From contig JADKFU010000005.1 of NCBI GenBank assembly GCA_016717285.1, positions 1,735,319 to 1,799,318 of the forward strand: 64,000 nucleotides of DNA, in the 5' to 3' direction. The notes below the pieces were generated by a model, which was not told where the DNA came from, ran no database searches, and was given only the letters and a program-made list of their open reading frames with translations. The translations under genes were made by a program, and so were the position numbers. The DNA is from Chitinophagaceae bacterium (GTDB lineage: Bacteria; Bacteroidota; Bacteroidia; Chitinophagales; UBA10324). Below, one piece after another: positions 47,602 through 60,351 of the stretch (the stretch's first letter is position 1; every line of letters begins with the position of its first letter).

Positions 47602-48924
47602 TTAGTAGGTAAGTTTTCGCAATTTATCAGTTTCATATTGAAGCATAAATACTGATTTATTTTCATAATAAAGGAAAGACTGATCGCTGTTTGATAACAC
47701 AGGTTGCAAAGAAAACCGTTCGGCCAATTCAGTAGTTTCCGATTGTTTGAACGCAGTTTCAAAATCAATTCCCTGCTTTATCAGAATGTTGCCGAAATAC
47801 AAGAGTTGATCATAACCTTTCACGGCATAATCAGTGGGATTCACCTTGAATTTCTCAACATAGGCATTCTTAAACTTTTCAGCAGCTGCGCCTGACTTAT
47901 CAATCCAAAAATTTTGAGTAATGTGAGTAGATACATTTACAAATTGCTCCCTTGGTATCAAATCAAAGTTTACCCAAGTAGGCATTCCGTAAACTTCCAT
48001 CAGAAATGCGTCCGTAAGGCCGTTCAGTTGCCTTAAGACAAAGCGAACAAAAATCTCATCATTGGAAGGCACTATAATAATATTGCGTCCGGAGTCAGAC
48101 AAAGCATCTTTTACCTGATTGAATTTGATTTTGCTACTGTCTGTGAGCTCAACAAATTGAATCGCATGATTATTTGGGCTTTGGTCCGAAGATTGGTATT
48201 CTTTAAAATAGTTTACCAATTCGAGATCGGCAGGGCGTTTTTTGTAAATAAGATAAACTTTGCTGTTGTAATTCTTGCGGCTAATATAATCGTAAATCTT
48301 CTCGCAATGAGACCTGAGGGTTGCATTTGCAAGCACGTAATTGGGGTTGGGTGAATGTCCATTCACCATTACAGAAAAGGGAGACACCAGCCAAATCTTA
48401 TGAGATAACGAAAAATCGCAGGCAATCTTAAGATTGCTATTACCAACAGGACCGATAATCAAATCTGCAGAAATAAGATCAGGAGCCATCAGATTTTTTT
48501 TAAGTTGAATGGTATCCAATCCCACATCATGCACCAATAGTTTTACATTTAATCCAAGTTGTTGCAGCGAATCCAACGCCATTAATGCCCCCTGGTAATA
48601 TTCCGCTGCAAGTTGACTTTCTTCGGGAAAGTTGTAACCACCAGGCTCATCAAGATTGCTGATATATGCCTTAGAACTCCCGAATGGCAACAGCATGGCA
48701 ATTGTATACGAGGTCTTTTTATATGGTTTCTTATCAGGAATTGTGACGGGTACCTCTTTGGTCGCTTGTTTAGAAATTCCTTCTTTATTCTGAGGAAGAG
48801 GAATATTTTCTTTTGAACCTGTTCCTGTTTTCGTAGTCGTGCAAGAGCTAAGCCAACAGCAAAAGGCAAGCGCCAGGATTTTACTCCCACTCAATGGTTG
48901 AAGGCGGTTTTGAACTGATGTCAT
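47602..48924 (-). CDS. Periplasmic-binding-protein type I-like lipoprotein
   Basis: Lipobox [16 protein letters not shown]...[12 protein letters not shown]...[12 protein letters not shown] resembles Leu/Ile/Val-binding (Peripla_BP_6) folds. The start overlaps the guaA stop; an alternative TTG start at 48893 is possible. Confidence 0.5.
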   Translation of the reverse strand: MTSVQNRLQPLSGSKILALAFCCWLSSCTTTKTGTGSKENIPLPQNKEGISKQATKEVPVTIPDKKPYKKTSYTIAMLLPFGSSKAYISNLDEPGGYNFPEESQLAAEYYQGALMALDSLQQLGLNVKLLVHDVGLDTIQLKKNLMAPDLISADLIIGPVGNSNLKIACDFSLSHKIWLVSPFSVMVNGHSPNPNYVLANATLRSHCEKIYDYISRKNYNSKVYLIYKKRPADLELVNYFKEYQSSDQSPNNHAIQFVELTDSSKIKFNQVKDALSDSGRNIIIVPSNDEIFVRFVLRQLNGLTDAFLMEVYGMPTWVNFDLIPREQFVNVSTHITQNFWIDKSGAAAEKFKNAYVEKFKVNPTDYAVKGYDQLLYFGNILIKQGIDFETAFKQSETTELAERFSLQPVLSNSDQSFLYYENKSVFMLQYETDKLRKLTY

Positions 48925-50419
48925 ACACTACACGATTGATTCCTTTAATGCTGTTAATAATCTCGTTGGAAACCGAAGAAAGAAAATCATAGGGAAGGTG
49001 ACACCAGTCTGCCGTCATTCCGTCCGTTGATTCAACTGCTCTCAGGCAAACCACATTTTCATATGTCCGTTCATCACCCATCACTCCAACTGACTGCACC
49101 GGCAGCAAGATAACACCCGCCTGCCACACTTTATTATAGAGGCCCATTTTTTTGAGCGCGGTAATAAAAACTTCATCGGCCTCCTGCAGTAACTTGATCT
49201 TTTCAGGTGTGATCGCACCGAGGATTCTAATTGAAAGGCCAGGGCCGGGAAAAGGATGCCTGTTCAAAATTTCGGGAGGGATTTTTAATTCTGCACCAAC
49301 ATGCCGCACTTCATCTTTAAAAAGCAAACGAAGTGGTTCAATAATTTTCAGGTGCATTTTTTCCGGAAGGCCGCCAACGTTGTGATGGCTCTTAATAGTT
49401 TGAGAAGGTCCGTGCACTGATATGGATTCAATTACATCCGGATAGATTGTGCCTTGAGCGAGCCATTGAATATGATCAAGCTTGTGTGATTCTTCTTCAA
49501 ATACCCTGATAAATTGTTCGCCGATAATTTTTCTTTTTGTTTCAGGGTCGGTCACGTCTTTTAATGCGTTCAAAAACCGCTCACTTGCATCAACACCGTC
49601 AATAGTAAGTCCCATTTGCTCGTACGTTTTAAGCACTTGCTCAAACTCATTCTTCCGAAGCAATCCGTTATTTACAAAAAAGCAAAACAGGTTTTTGCCA
49701 ATAGCTTGATGGAGCAATCCCGCAGCCACGGTAGAATCAACACCACCCGATAATGCCAGCATCACATGATCATCGCCCACTTTTTTTCGGATCTCATCAA
49801 TGGTGCTTGTGATAAAAGATTCCGGTGTCCAGTCTTGATGGCAACCACAAATAGCAACGCAAAAATTATGGAGTAGTTTTTTGCCTTCGGTGGAGTGAAT
49901 CACTTCAGGATGAAACTGAAGGCAATATACAGGTTGATCAAAAACGTCTTTTGAACTTTTGTAGGCAGCGATATCGATACTTCCTGAATTCGCGATAAGT
50001 TCAAAGCCGGCGGGAAGTTTCGAAATGGTATCAGCATGGGACATCCATACTTGTGAATCCTGCTGCACATCTTTTAAAAAAGCATCGTCCTGTGAGAGAA
50101 GGTGTACCATCGCCCTTCCGTATTCACGTTTTTGCGCCCGCATCACCGTTCCACCCAATTTTTTTGCGATCAGCTGTGCACCATAACAAACAGCCAGTAC
50201 AGGATATTTGCCTAGCAACCCATCAAGAACAATATCAGCAAAGTTTGCATCATGCACTGAAAACGGGCTGCCTGAGAGAATGATACCTTTCACCTCCTGA
50301 TCAGGAGCAGGAAAGTTATGAAACGGATATATCTCGCAATAAATATTTAACTCTCTCACCCGCCGTGCAATCAGTTGGGTGTACTGTGAACCAAAATCTA
50401 TAATGAGGATTCTTTCCAT
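48881..50419 (-). CDS. guaA: GMP synthase (glutamine-hydrolysing)
   Basis: [30 protein letters not shown], the PP-loop [13 protein letters not shown], and the C-terminal [11 protein letters not shown] at 50419 is preferred over the 50482 extension. Confidence 0.95.
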   Translation of the reverse strand: MERILIIDFGSQYTQLIARRVRELNIYCEIYPFHNFPAPDQEVKGIILSGSPFSVHDANFADIVLDGLLGKYPVLAVCYGAQLIAKKLGGTVMRAQKREYGRAMVHLLSQDDAFLKDVQQDSQVWMSHADTISKLPAGFELIANSGSIDIAAYKSSKDVFDQPVYCLQFHPEVIHSTEGKKLLHNFCVAICGCHQDWTPESFITSTIDEIRKKVGDDHVMLALSGGVDSTVAAGLLHQAIGKNLFCFFVNNGLLRKNEFEQVLKTYEQMGLTIDGVDASERFLNALKDVTDPETKRKIIGEQFIRVFEEESHKLDHIQWLAQGTIYPDVIESISVHGPSQTIKSHHNVGGLPEKMHLKIIEPLRLLFKDEVRHVGAELKIPPEILNRHPFPGPGLSIRILGAITPEKIKLLQEADEVFITALKKMGLYNKVWQAGVILLPVQSVGVMGDERTYENVVCLRAVESTDGMTADWCHLPYDFLSSVSNEIINSIKGINRVVYDISSKPPSTIEWE

Positions 50420-50562
50420 GGAATGCAAAGGTATTGGAAAGAGGGGAGGGTTCAAAAGAGCTGATATGTAATGTATCCACAATAATTATTACAAATCCAT
50501 ACGAAGTGAATGCGCAGTATTAATTTTTTTGCTATTTTTTCGAAGTTCTTTTATCACTGACT

Positions 50563-53529
50563 ATGTTCACTATCATACAGCAATTGTTTAGGCTTCACTT
50601 AATGTTACTTTTATTAATGTTCAGTATTAATGTAAGTGGGCAATCTCCTGTCTATAAAAACTATACAGTCAATGATGGATTACCCAGTCAGGTTGTTTAT
50701 TGCGCATTGCAGGATCAACAAGGATACATGTGGTTTGGAACAGACGCAGGAGTTAGCCGCTTTGACGGGAAACATTTTGAAAATTTTACAAGTAGGGATG
50801 GGTTGTCGGATAATGAGGTTCTGAAAATTTATCAAGGCTCAGATGGCAGAATATGGCTCCTTATGCTTAATGGCACTCTGAGTTATTTCAAAAACGGACA
50901 GATTTATAGTTCGTTCAATACTGAAAATTTAAAGAATGCTCAAACAAAGTTAGAGCTTATGTCATTTCTTGAAGATACTGAGCATAATCTATGGTTTGGC
51001 TCCTCTGGGAAGGAAATGATACTAATCACACCCAAAAATAATGTTCAAGTATTAAACCTTGATACGTTGGAAAGATTCACTTCAAATAGACTCGTATATC
51101 CTATTCAAAATGCAAATGAAGTAATGGCTATTGTAGGATCTTGTTTATATCAAATTAAAGATTTACGTTTTTCATTAATTGATACTGCATGTTATGTTGC
51201 CAAAAATTTACCATTTGTAGTAACTGAAAAGTTGGATTCTCAAAGTGTGGCAACTAGCTTTAAAGATGGAATTCGCGAAATTAAAAATGGGAAAAGCACC
51301 TTAATACTCGGCAAAGAAATGATTCCAGATTATGAGGCGATACAAAGGATGTACATCGATAAAAACAAGGGCCTTTGGTTGCTTACATCCAATTTAAACA
51401 CTATGTATTTTGAAAGGACAACCAAAGGATATAAATACAAAACATCCTTTTTAAAAGGGACATATATGGGTGCGGTAATGATGGACAATGAAGGAAATAA
51501 ATGGTTCTGTACTGTCGGGAAAGGTATTTTTAAATTGTCAAATGATGCAGATCAAATTAAATTATTTGAAGGAAACTCAGTTATTGATAAAACCGAAATA
51601 TGGAGCGTAAATGTTGATAGCAATGATAATTTGTGGTTTGGGACGGGAGCAAGAAATCTATATTGTATTATCAAAGACTCAATAAAGCTGGAGATAGATC
51701 TTGGAAATGAAAAGTATAGGATGGGTAGAATAACAAGAATTGTGTTTGATAAACTTAATAACGCTTGGTGCTCAGTAAGTAATGGATTAGTTTGTGTTCA
51801 CCGTGATTCGTCCAATGCATTTTCAATTGAAGAAGTCACTACTATATCAAATTTAAGGAATTTCAATGCTAAATACGTTGGCTTCGATAGAAACAATGAG
51901 ATTTTCTTTACCTCATTTAGAGGAGTTCAAAAGGTTTTTAAACGTAATGGCAAGTATGTTTTTAGCAATTTTATACCAACAAGTCTTGATCTGTCTGGCC
52001 GTGTGTTTTGCCTATATTTTGATAATGATAATTTTCTTTGGTACGAAAAGTTCAATGTCCTGAACTCTTACAATGGTAATTTGGTGAAAAAGTATTCAAA
52101 CCTTGCCAGTGAGTTTAAATCCCAAATCTCTTGCATTCAGGGTTTCAGCGATTCTACTCTTATTATAGCCACTTACGGTAACGGAGTACATTTCTTCAAA
52201 AACGGAAAAATCATCAACCACGTTACTATGGCTGATGGTCTTGCGGGTGATTTATGCCGCAAAGTTTTTGTTGATTCATCTGTAATTTATGTAGCAACAA
52301 ACCAAGGTTTCAGTTATTTTAGTTACGTAAACAATCGCATATCAGATATAAATACGTTCACAACTTCTGATGGAATTGTTTCAAATGACATTAAGGACAT
52401 TTGTGTTAAAGGTGAAAAAATCTATCTTGCTACTTCAGCAGGATTATGCGTTGTCAACAAGCGGATTTCTCAGTTATCCTCCTCCCGGCCTCCGGTATAT
52501 GTTCAATCAATTACAACAAGAAATAGTAGTATAACAGATTTCCGGCAGCTAAAATTTCTATATAATACTGATTTCAACGTTAACTATATTGCTATTACTT
52601 TTGAGCAGCCTGATAAAATTAGCTATGAGTATAAGATTACCGGTAGTGATAAGAACTGGACAGAGACAAAAAATAATTCGATTTCATTTTCATCTTTGTC
52701 ACCAGGTGATTATACTTTTTTGCTCAAAGCAAAAAAATACAACTCAGAGTGGAGTAAACCTACCGTAATTCAATTTAGCATTATTCCTCCCATTTGGCAA
52801 CAATGGTGGTTTAGAACATTTCTAGTCAGCCTGCTCATAGGATTTGGCTATTCCCTATTGAAATATTTTACAGAAAGAAATTACAGGTTGCAACTTCGTA
52901 TTTTAAAGGAAGAACAAACGCTGGCAGATGAAAGAAGCAGAATATCTGCTGATATGCATGATGACTTAGGTGCGGATCTTAGTAACCTGTTACTCATGAC
53001 ACGTATGAAAACCAATGACGCGAATTCTGAAACACCTGATTATGGGGATCTTAATAATTTAGAAGATTTCGCAACAGGGCTAATTGGAAAGGTAGATGAA
53101 ATCATTTGGGCTTTAAACCCCAAAAATGATACTTTGAAAGGTTTGATCGACTTTATGTATGGTTACACTAAAAAGGTATCACACTTGAGTGGCATCCTTG
53201 CCGAAATTACATTTCCAGATGAAATTCCAGATCATCATATTTCAGCAGTTTTCAGAAGAAACCTCTTTCTTGTACTTAAAGAGACATTGAATAATATTGT
53301 TCGACATTCAAATGCAAATTGTATTTCTATTATAGCGCAATTCAAAGACAACGATCTTGAGTTAATAATCGAAGACAATGGCAACGGATTCAACCTTAAT
53401 AACTACCAAAGTGAAGGTGATGGTCTTCTCAACATGCATAAGCGCATTCAGGAAATCGGTGGCACTTTTAGCCTTGAATCGAAAATTGGCAATGGAACTG
53501 TCGTCAACATTAAAGTACCCTGTTTTTAG
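50563..53529 (+). CDS. Sensor histidine kinase with periplasmic two-component-regulator propeller/Y_Y_Y domain (HisKA_3 type)
   Basis: Reg_prop repeats (GLPSQVVYCALQDQQGYMWFGTDAGVSRFDG), a Y_Y_Y-like GDYTFLLKAKKYNSEWS, one TM helix, the H-box ERSRISADMHDDLGADLS, and the HATPase region EDNGNGF..GDGLLNMHKR. Confidence 0.85.
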   Translation: MFTIIQQLFRLHLMLLLLMFSINVSGQSPVYKNYTVNDGLPSQVVYCALQDQQGYMWFGTDAGVSRFDGKHFENFTSRDGLSDNEVLKIYQGSDGRIWLLMLNGTLSYFKNGQIYSSFNTENLKNAQTKLELMSFLEDTEHNLWFGSSGKEMILITPKNNVQVLNLDTLERFTSNRLVYPIQNANEVMAIVGSCLYQIKDLRFSLIDTACYVAKNLPFVVTEKLDSQSVATSFKDGIREIKNGKSTLILGKEMIPDYEAIQRMYIDKNKGLWLLTSNLNTMYFERTTKGYKYKTSFLKGTYMGAVMMDNEGNKWFCTVGKGIFKLSNDADQIKLFEGNSVIDKTEIWSVNVDSNDNLWFGTGARNLYCIIKDSIKLEIDLGNEKYRMGRITRIVFDKLNNAWCSVSNGLVCVHRDSSNAFSIEEVTTISNLRNFNAKYVGFDRNNEIFFTSFRGVQKVFKRNGKYVFSNFIPTSLDLSGRVFCLYFDNDNFLWYEKFNVLNSYNGNLVKKYSNLASEFKSQISCIQGFSDSTLIIATYGNGVHFFKNGKIINHVTMADGLAGDLCRKVFVDSSVIYVATNQGFSYFSYVNNRISDINTFTTSDGIVSNDIKDICVKGEKIYLATSAGLCVVNKRISQLSSSRPPVYVQSITTRNSSITDFRQLKFLYNTDFNVNYIAITFEQPDKISYEYKITGSDKNWTETKNNSISFSSLSPGDYTFLLKAKKYNSEWSKPTVIQFSIIPPIWQQWWFRTFLVSLLIGFGYSLLKYFTERNYRLQLRILKEEQTLADERSRISADMHDDLGADLSNLLLMTRMKTNDANSETPDYGDLNNLEDFATGLIGKVDEIIWALNPKNDTLKGLIDFMYGYTKKVSHLSGILAEITFPDEIPDHHISAVFRRNLFLVLKETLNNIVRHSNANCISIIAQFKDNDLELIIEDNGNGFNLNNYQSEGDGLLNMHKRIQEIGGTFSLESKIGNGTVVNIKVPCF

Positions 53530-53603
53530 CATCAAGCACTTGACCATGATTATGTTAGTTATTGCTTCCTGTTTTTACTATTAATGAAACTAAAAAATAT
53601 CCA

Positions 53604-54239
53604 ATGTCTACTAATATTGTCCTGATTGAAGACCATAAAGACTTTCGGGAAAGCTTATCCTTCTTATTAAACTCTAATAAACAGTTTATTTGTAAAGCGT
53701 ATGGAAGGGCTGAGGATGCGATGTTAAATCTTGTTAACGATATGCCTCAAGTTGTGATCATGGACATTAACTTACCAGGAATTTCAGGTATTGACTGCAC
53801 ACAAAGGATTAAACAAAAATATCCAACTATACAGATTTTGATGTGTACTGTAAATGAAGATGAAGAGAAAATATTTCAGGCGCTCAAAGCAGGCGCCAGT
53901 GGTTATTTGCTCAAACGATCTGCAATTGATGAAATCTTCGCTTCGATTAATGACATCTTAACTGGTGGCTCGCCAATGACACCGGTTATTGCTCGTAAAG
54001 TAGTCGCTTCATTCTTTCCCAAGCCAATAGATACAGAAGCATGTCAGTTGTTATCAGATCGTGAAAACGAAATTCTTGATTTACTTGCAAAAGGCGATAA
54101 AATCAAGGAAATTGCGGACAAGACATATTTGACCATAAGCACTGTACGAACTCATATCCGGAACATCTACTTAAAACTACAGGTTAATTCACGTGTAGAA
54201 GCACTAAATAAAGCCAGGAAAAATATTTACAGGAATTAA
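53604..54239 (+). CDS. Response regulator, NarL/FixJ family (LuxR-type HTH)
   Basis: Receiver domain IVLIEDHKDF...VVIMDINLPG, then a GerE HTH LSDRENEILDLLAKGDKIKEIADKTYLTISTVRTHIRNIYLKL. ATG at 53604 is preferred. Confidence 0.9.
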   Translation: MSTNIVLIEDHKDFRESLSFLLNSNKQFICKAYGRAEDAMLNLVNDMPQVVIMDINLPGISGIDCTQRIKQKYPTIQILMCTVNEDEEKIFQALKAGASGYLLKRSAIDEIFASINDILTGGSPMTPVIARKVVASFFPKPIDTEACQLLSDRENEILDLLAKGDKIKEIADKTYLTISTVRTHIRNIYLKLQVNSRVEALNKARKNIYRN

Positions 54240-54422
54240 TTCCTGTGGCTAATCCTATTTTTCAAAATCAGCCTTTTTAGGTATTGACAACCGTTTGTTT
54301 CAAACGATCTTTGATCCGGATAATGAATTACCTGAACTTCATTTATATAACAATCTGTTGACCTTATAAACAGACTATTCAACGTTCCGGCAAAGGTGAT
54401 TGGTTATCATATTATATATAGT

Positions 54423-54473
54423 AAAACTGCAGGAAGGATGTTTCAAGAGAGTGAGACAGAATTCCTGCAGTTT
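54423..54473 (-). terminator. Long-loop stem-loop downstream of the SpoU-family gene
   Basis: AAACTGCAGGA (54423-54433) and TCCTGCAGTTT (54463-54473) are inverted repeats. On the minus strand they are followed by TTTTA. Confidence 0.45.
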
Positions 54474-54528
54474 ATATTTTAAATACCCTTTTTGCTTGCA
54501 ATAAAACAAGTGATTCAGGCTTAAAAAT

Positions 54529-55107
54529 TCACCTCGACTTCCATTGCTGAAACAAAGCTTGTCTTTCCGGATTCTCTACCGTGCTGTCATACATACGTGC
54601 AAAACTCCTTTGCCGGTAGCATTCATAAAGGGTAACAGCACAAGCCACCGATATATTTAAGCTCTGAATCATTCCTGTCTGCGGAATCTGGAAGTTTCCA
54701 TCAGAGAGCACTGCGGCTTCTTGGGAAACTCCATCCTTTTCATTTCCAAAAACAAGTGCAAGTGATTGTGTGAAATCCATTGCATACAAGTTCTCTGCAT
54801 CCTGACTAAGTCTCGTTGAATAAATCTTCGCGTATTTTTTTCGCAATATTTCAAAACAGCTGGTCACCTCTTTAAAATGATGAATCGTCAGCCATTTGCT
54901 CGCACTGGCAGATGATTTTTTTCCAAGCTTTGATTCTTTTTTGTCTTTGGGTGAAATGATATAAACTTCCTGAATGCCCACTGCGTCACATGAGCGAAGC
55001 ACTGCCGATACATTGTGAGGATCCCACACATTTTCGAGTACTACCGTAATGTCGAACTGCCGTTTTTGCAGTACCACGCTGAGTCGTTTTTCTCTTTCTG
55101 CTGTCAT
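54529..55107 (-). CDS. SpoU/TrmH-family RNA 2'-O-methyltransferase
   Basis: VVLENVWDPHNVSAVLRSCDAVG, LVFGNEKDGVS, and IPQTGMIQSLNISVA (SPOUT knot motifs). Confidence 0.85.
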   Translation of the reverse strand: MTAEREKRLSVVLQKRQFDITVVLENVWDPHNVSAVLRSCDAVGIQEVYIISPKDKKESKLGKKSSASASKWLTIHHFKEVTSCFEILRKKYAKIYSTRLSQDAENLYAMDFTQSLALVFGNEKDGVSQEAAVLSDGNFQIPQTGMIQSLNISVACAVTLYECYRQRSFARMYDSTVENPERQALFQQWKSR

Positions 55108-55315
55108 GATCGATAAAGATAGAAATCAGTACGTAATACTTTTTTTAAATCAGTACGCAAATTCATACTAAGCTTTATCAGGAAATTACAAAAAATCACA
55201 TATTCTGATCGTGAAATCCACATTAATGGGCAGTTTTCCACACACTGGGTTTTCGCTTCTTTTTGACGTTTAAACTTACCTTATTATGTGTAACTTCGCG
55301 AGCGATTTCAAGGAG

Positions 55316-55337
55316 ACTTTCAAGGTTCCTTGAAAGT
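55316..55337 (+). promoter_or_regulatory. Perfect 10-bp/2-nt-spacer palindrome in the gyrA leader
   Basis: ACTTTCAAGG-TT-CCTTGAAAGT lies 32 nt upstream of the gyrA ATG. A third partial copy, ATTTCAAGGA, sits immediately upstream. Confidence 0.3.
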
Positions 55338-55368
55338 GAAATTAACCATTGAAAATTAACAAGTTAGC

Positions 55369-57891
55369 ATGGCAAACGGAGAGAAAATAATACAGGTAAA
55401 TATTGAAGAAGAAATGAAAACAGCCTACATCGATTATTCGATGTCGGTTATCGTATCCAGAGCAATTCCGGATGCCAGGGATGGATTAAAACCTGTGCAC
55501 CGGCGCATTCTGTATGCAATGAATGAACTGGGACTTGCTTCCAACAGACCTTATAAAAAATCGGCGCGATTGGTAGGAGAGGTGTTAGGGAAATATCACC
55601 CTCACGGCGATGCATCTGTTTATGATGCGATTGTCCGGATGGCACAATGGTGGTCAATGCGTTATCCGCTGGTAGATGGCCAGGGTAACTTTGGATCATT
55701 GGATAATGATCCACCTGCTGCCATGAGGTATACTGAAGTGCGCTTGGAGAAAATGGCAGAAGACATGATGACGGATATCGACAAAGACACCGTTGATTTT
55801 CAGTTCAATTTTGATGATACCTTGAAAGAACCTACCGTGATGCCAAGCCGGATTCCAAATCTGCTGGTAAATGGGTCTTCAGGTATAGCAGTTGGGATGG
55901 CCACCAACATCTTACCGCACAATATTTCAGAAGTCATTGATGGCATCAATGCTTATATTGATAATAAAGATATTACGGTTGAGGAATTAATCAAACATGT
56001 AAAGGCTCCAGACTTCCCAACTGGAGGTACTATTTACGGATATGATGGTGTGAAACAAGGATTACTGACAGGCAGAGGCAAAGTGGTCGTGAGAGCTAAA
56101 ACAATTTTTGAAACGCTTAAGAACGGTAAAGAACGGATTATCGTAACCGAATTTCCTTACCAGGTTAACAAGGCTCAGGTGCACCTGAAGATTCATGAAC
56201 TGGTAGTGGAAAAGCAGATTGATGGCATTTCTGAATGTCGGGATGAATCCGATCGTGATGGCATAAGGCTCGTGGTTGAACTTAAAAGAGACGCCATTCC
56301 AAATGTGGTTTTGAATCAACTATACAATTTCACTCAACTTCAGAATTCATATAGCGTAAATAATATTGCTTTGGTTGGTGGAAGACCTAAGCAAATGAAT
56401 CTGAAAGACATGATCAGTGTCTTCGTTGATTTCAGACATGAAGTGGTTGTAAGGCGGACAAAGTATGAATTGGCCGAAGCCGAAAAGAGGGCACATATTC
56501 TCGAAGGTCTGCTGATAGCACTGGATCACCTTGATGCGGTAATTGCACTTATTCGTGCCTCCAAAACGCCCGATGAAGCTCAGACCGGATTGATGGCCGA
56601 GTTTAAGCTCACAGAAATTCAGTCCAAAGCGATTCTCGAAATGCGCTTGCAGCGATTGACCGGGCTGGAACGCGATAAAATCCGCGATGAATACAAAGAG
56701 CTGATGAAAACAATTGATTACTACAAAGACGTGCTTGCTGATGAAAAACTTCGGATGGATATTATACGCGATGAGATGATGGAAATGAAGAAGAAATACG
56801 GTGATGAGCGGCGTTCTGAAATTGTTTACTCAGCGGAAGACATGAATATCGAGGACCTGATTGCTGACGAAGAAATGGTAATCACCATCAGTCACCTTGG
56901 TTATATGAAACGCACCACATTATCAAGTTACAAACGCCAATACAGAGGCGGAAAAGGCTCGATGGGAAGTGGTTCAAGAGAAGAAGATTTTATCGAGCAT
57001 CTTTTTATTGCTTCCAACCATAATTACATACTTTTCTTTACTGAAAAGGGAAGGTGTTATTGGATGAAGGTATATGAGGTTCCTGAAGGAAACAAAACAG
57101 TAAAAGGAAGGGCTATTCAAAATCTGATCAACCTTCCGCCTGACGATAAGATCAGGGCAGTTATCAATGTAAAGAAGATGGACAATGAAGAATTTCTAAA
57201 ATCCAATTACCTGATTTTTTGTACTAAAAAAGGGATTATCAAGAAAACGACACTGGAAGAATTCAGCCGGCCGCGATCTTCTGGCATTAACGCCATCACT
57301 ATTCGTGAAGGAGATGAATTGCTTGAAGTGAAGATGACTGATGGTAAGAAGGAAGTTTTGATGGCAGTGAAGTCCGGAAAGGCGATCCGTTTTAATGAAG
57401 AGAAGGTACGCCCAATGGGAAGAACTGCTGCCGGAGTAAAAGGCATTGACTGTTCTGCAAAAGATGAAGTAGTGGGCATGATCTGTGTTGATAAGAGTGA
57501 TGATTCGCAAACCATCCTGGTAGTTTCGGAGAAGGGTTACGGAAAACGAACTGATATTGATGAATACCGCATTACCAACAGAGGCGCCAAAGGTGTTAAG
57601 ACATTGAACATTACGCCAAAAACAGGTACATTAGTTACGATTAAGAATGTAACCAATCTGGATGACCTGATGATTATCAATAAAACTGGTGTTACCATCA
57701 GAATGTCAGTTTCAGACATTAAGGTAATTGGCAGGGCAACTCAGGGAGTGAGATTGATAAAGCTTACCAGCAACGATGAAATAGCAAGTGTGGCAAAGAT
57801 TGAGATGGATGCTGATAAAGGTATTGATAATGAAGATGATGATGAAAATAAGCCTAATGAAAAACAAGGGGATATGTTCAGCCCCAATTAA
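55369..57891 (+). CDS. gyrA: DNA gyrase subunit A
   Basis: [46 protein letters not shown] (QRDR region), and a C-terminal beta-pinwheel. Confidence 0.97.
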   Translation: MANGEKIIQVNIEEEMKTAYIDYSMSVIVSRAIPDARDGLKPVHRRILYAMNELGLASNRPYKKSARLVGEVLGKYHPHGDASVYDAIVRMAQWWSMRYPLVDGQGNFGSLDNDPPAAMRYTEVRLEKMAEDMMTDIDKDTVDFQFNFDDTLKEPTVMPSRIPNLLVNGSSGIAVGMATNILPHNISEVIDGINAYIDNKDITVEELIKHVKAPDFPTGGTIYGYDGVKQGLLTGRGKVVVRAKTIFETLKNGKERIIVTEFPYQVNKAQVHLKIHELVVEKQIDGISECRDESDRDGIRLVVELKRDAIPNVVLNQLYNFTQLQNSYSVNNIALVGGRPKQMNLKDMISVFVDFRHEVVVRRTKYELAEAEKRAHILEGLLIALDHLDAVIALIRASKTPDEAQTGLMAEFKLTEIQSKAILEMRLQRLTGLERDKIRDEYKELMKTIDYYKDVLADEKLRMDIIRDEMMEMKKKYGDERRSEIVYSAEDMNIEDLIADEEMVITISHLGYMKRTTLSSYKRQYRGGKGSMGSGSREEDFIEHLFIASNHNYILFFTEKGRCYWMKVYEVPEGNKTVKGRAIQNLINLPPDDKIRAVINVKKMDNEEFLKSNYLIFCTKKGIIKKTTLEEFSRPRSSGINAITIREGDELLEVKMTDGKKEVLMAVKSGKAIRFNEEKVRPMGRTAAGVKGIDCSAKDEVVGMICVDKSDDSQTILVVSEKGYGKRTDIDEYRITNRGAKGVKTLNITPKTGTLVTIKNVTNLDDLMIINKTGVTIRMSVSDIKVIGRATQGVRLIKLTSNDEIASVAKIEMDADKGIDNEDDDENKPNEKQGDMFSPN

Positions 57892-57920
57892 TTAACCAAA
57901 CTAATCAATAAACGCGACTC

Positions 57921-59090
57921 ATGAAAAAAGTGCTCTGGATGTTCGTCCTGACAATTATTTTTAACGGAACAGTATTCTCGCAATCATCACAAGTAGTTAG
58001 CGCCTGGAATTATGTTAAGTACGGGCAATTTGAAGAAGCAAAAACAGCAATCAATCAGGCTATTTTGGATCCTAAAACCAGTACATGGCCAAAAACATGG
58101 TTTTATCGGGGAAGTATTTATCTGGCTATTTACGACGACACTACTTTCAGAAAGAAAAATCCTGATGCTTTACCGGAAGCGATCAAGTCGTATGAGAAAT
58201 CTATAGAAGTAAGTGCAGGAGGCAAAAATGAATACAAGGATCAGATTATTGCAGGGTTACAGGAATGTGCCTTGAATTCCTTTAATGAAGGAGTTACACC
58301 CTATAACGAGAAAGATTATCAGAAGGCCTATAACTCTTTTAAGCAATCGGCTGATGCGTATAAATACATGAATGAGACGTTCAATCTAAAAATTGCCGAT
58401 ACGCTATCCACATTGTATGCAGCTCATGCTGCCTCAAAACTGAAGAATTATAACGAGGCCGAAATTTTGTATAAATCACTTCTGGACAAAGGAATTTCGG
58501 ATCCGGATGTTTATACTAATATGGGAGAAATGTATTTGGCAATGGGTGATACTACCAAAGCAATCGAGGTGATTTCGAAAGGAACAGCGCTTTATCCTAA
58601 TGACAAAGGGCTTATGATTCAGGAATTGAATGTCTACCTTTTTTCTAAGAAGTATGATGAAGCCGAGAAAAAGTTAAAGGATGCGATTCAAAAGGATCCC
58701 AAATTTATCCCTTTGTATATTCAGTTGGCAAATATCTATGAGCAAAAGAAAGATACTGCAAATGCAAGGAAAACCTATGAGCAGGCAATTGCCATAGATC
58801 CTAACAATTTTGATGGGCAATACAGACTCGGGGCGATGTACTATAACCAGGCTGTTGAGTTAAACAATACTATGAATAAGCTTGACCTGAACCAGCAGAA
58901 GCAATATGACTTGTTGAAAGTTCAACGGGATGCGACCTTCAAAAAATCTTTACCATACCTGGAGAATGCACACCGGCAGGATGCAAAGGATATGGACACT
59001 ATGATTGCGCTTAAAGAGTTGTATGCGAGATTAAATATGACTGAAAAGCTTACCATGATAAAAGGAGAAATTGATGCTGCCAAACAGTAA
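57921..59090 (+). CDS. TPR-repeat lipoprotein/secreted protein (usual gyrA neighbour in Bacteroidota)
   Basis: Signal peptide, then repeated TPR-like 34-aa units (YNEAEILYKSLL, AIEVISKGTALYPND, ARKTYEQAIAIDPNN). Confidence 0.8.
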   Translation: MKKVLWMFVLTIIFNGTVFSQSSQVVSAWNYVKYGQFEEAKTAINQAILDPKTSTWPKTWFYRGSIYLAIYDDTTFRKKNPDALPEAIKSYEKSIEVSAGGKNEYKDQIIAGLQECALNSFNEGVTPYNEKDYQKAYNSFKQSADAYKYMNETFNLKIADTLSTLYAAHAASKLKNYNEAEILYKSLLDKGISDPDVYTNMGEMYLAMGDTTKAIEVISKGTALYPNDKGLMIQELNVYLFSKKYDEAEKKLKDAIQKDPKFIPLYIQLANIYEQKKDTANARKTYEQAIAIDPNNFDGQYRLGAMYYNQAVELNNTMNKLDLNQQKQYDLLKVQRDATFKKSLPYLENAHRQDAKDMDTMIALKELYARLNMTEKLTMIKGEIDAAKQ

Positions 59091-59109
59091 ATAGGTGGTC
59101 TTAAAAAAA

Positions 59110-59142
59110 ATCCTGGTCATGTTTTGGTGACCGGGATTTTTT
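59110..59142 (+). terminator. Rho-independent terminator of the TPR gene
   Basis: ATCCTGGTCA-TGTTTTGG-TGACCGGGAT followed by TTTTTT. Confidence 0.7.
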
Positions 59143-59270
59143 ATGTCAGTCAAGTATATAATGTAAAAGCAGGAGATGTTCCAGTTCATTGAGTTCAGTT
59201 GATAAATTGATTCAAACAATTCTTACTTAACATAATATTAATTATAGGCAACGAAGCTAAATAAATTGTC

Positions 59271-60212
<942 letters not shown>

Positions 60213-60218
60213 CTACTC

Positions 60219-60306
60219 AACATAACGTATCTCACATTATAGGCAACTTTTGTCTAGTAAATTCATTAATTGCCAAGACAAGTCGCCTATAATTAAACGT
60301 TATGTT
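60219..60306. repeat. Imperfect ~88-nt palindrome (candidate bidirectional terminator between the TPR and EVE genes)
   Basis: AACATAACGT (60219-60228) pairs perfectly with ACGTTATGTT (60297-60306). TATAGGCAAC (60238-60247) pairs with GTCGCCTATA (60282-60291) with one mismatch. An inner TTGTCT/AGACAA pair is also present. Confidence 0.5.
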
Positions 60307-60351
60307 TAGCATTGTCCAATAGTGAATCTGGATTAAACCTCTTCAAAACAA

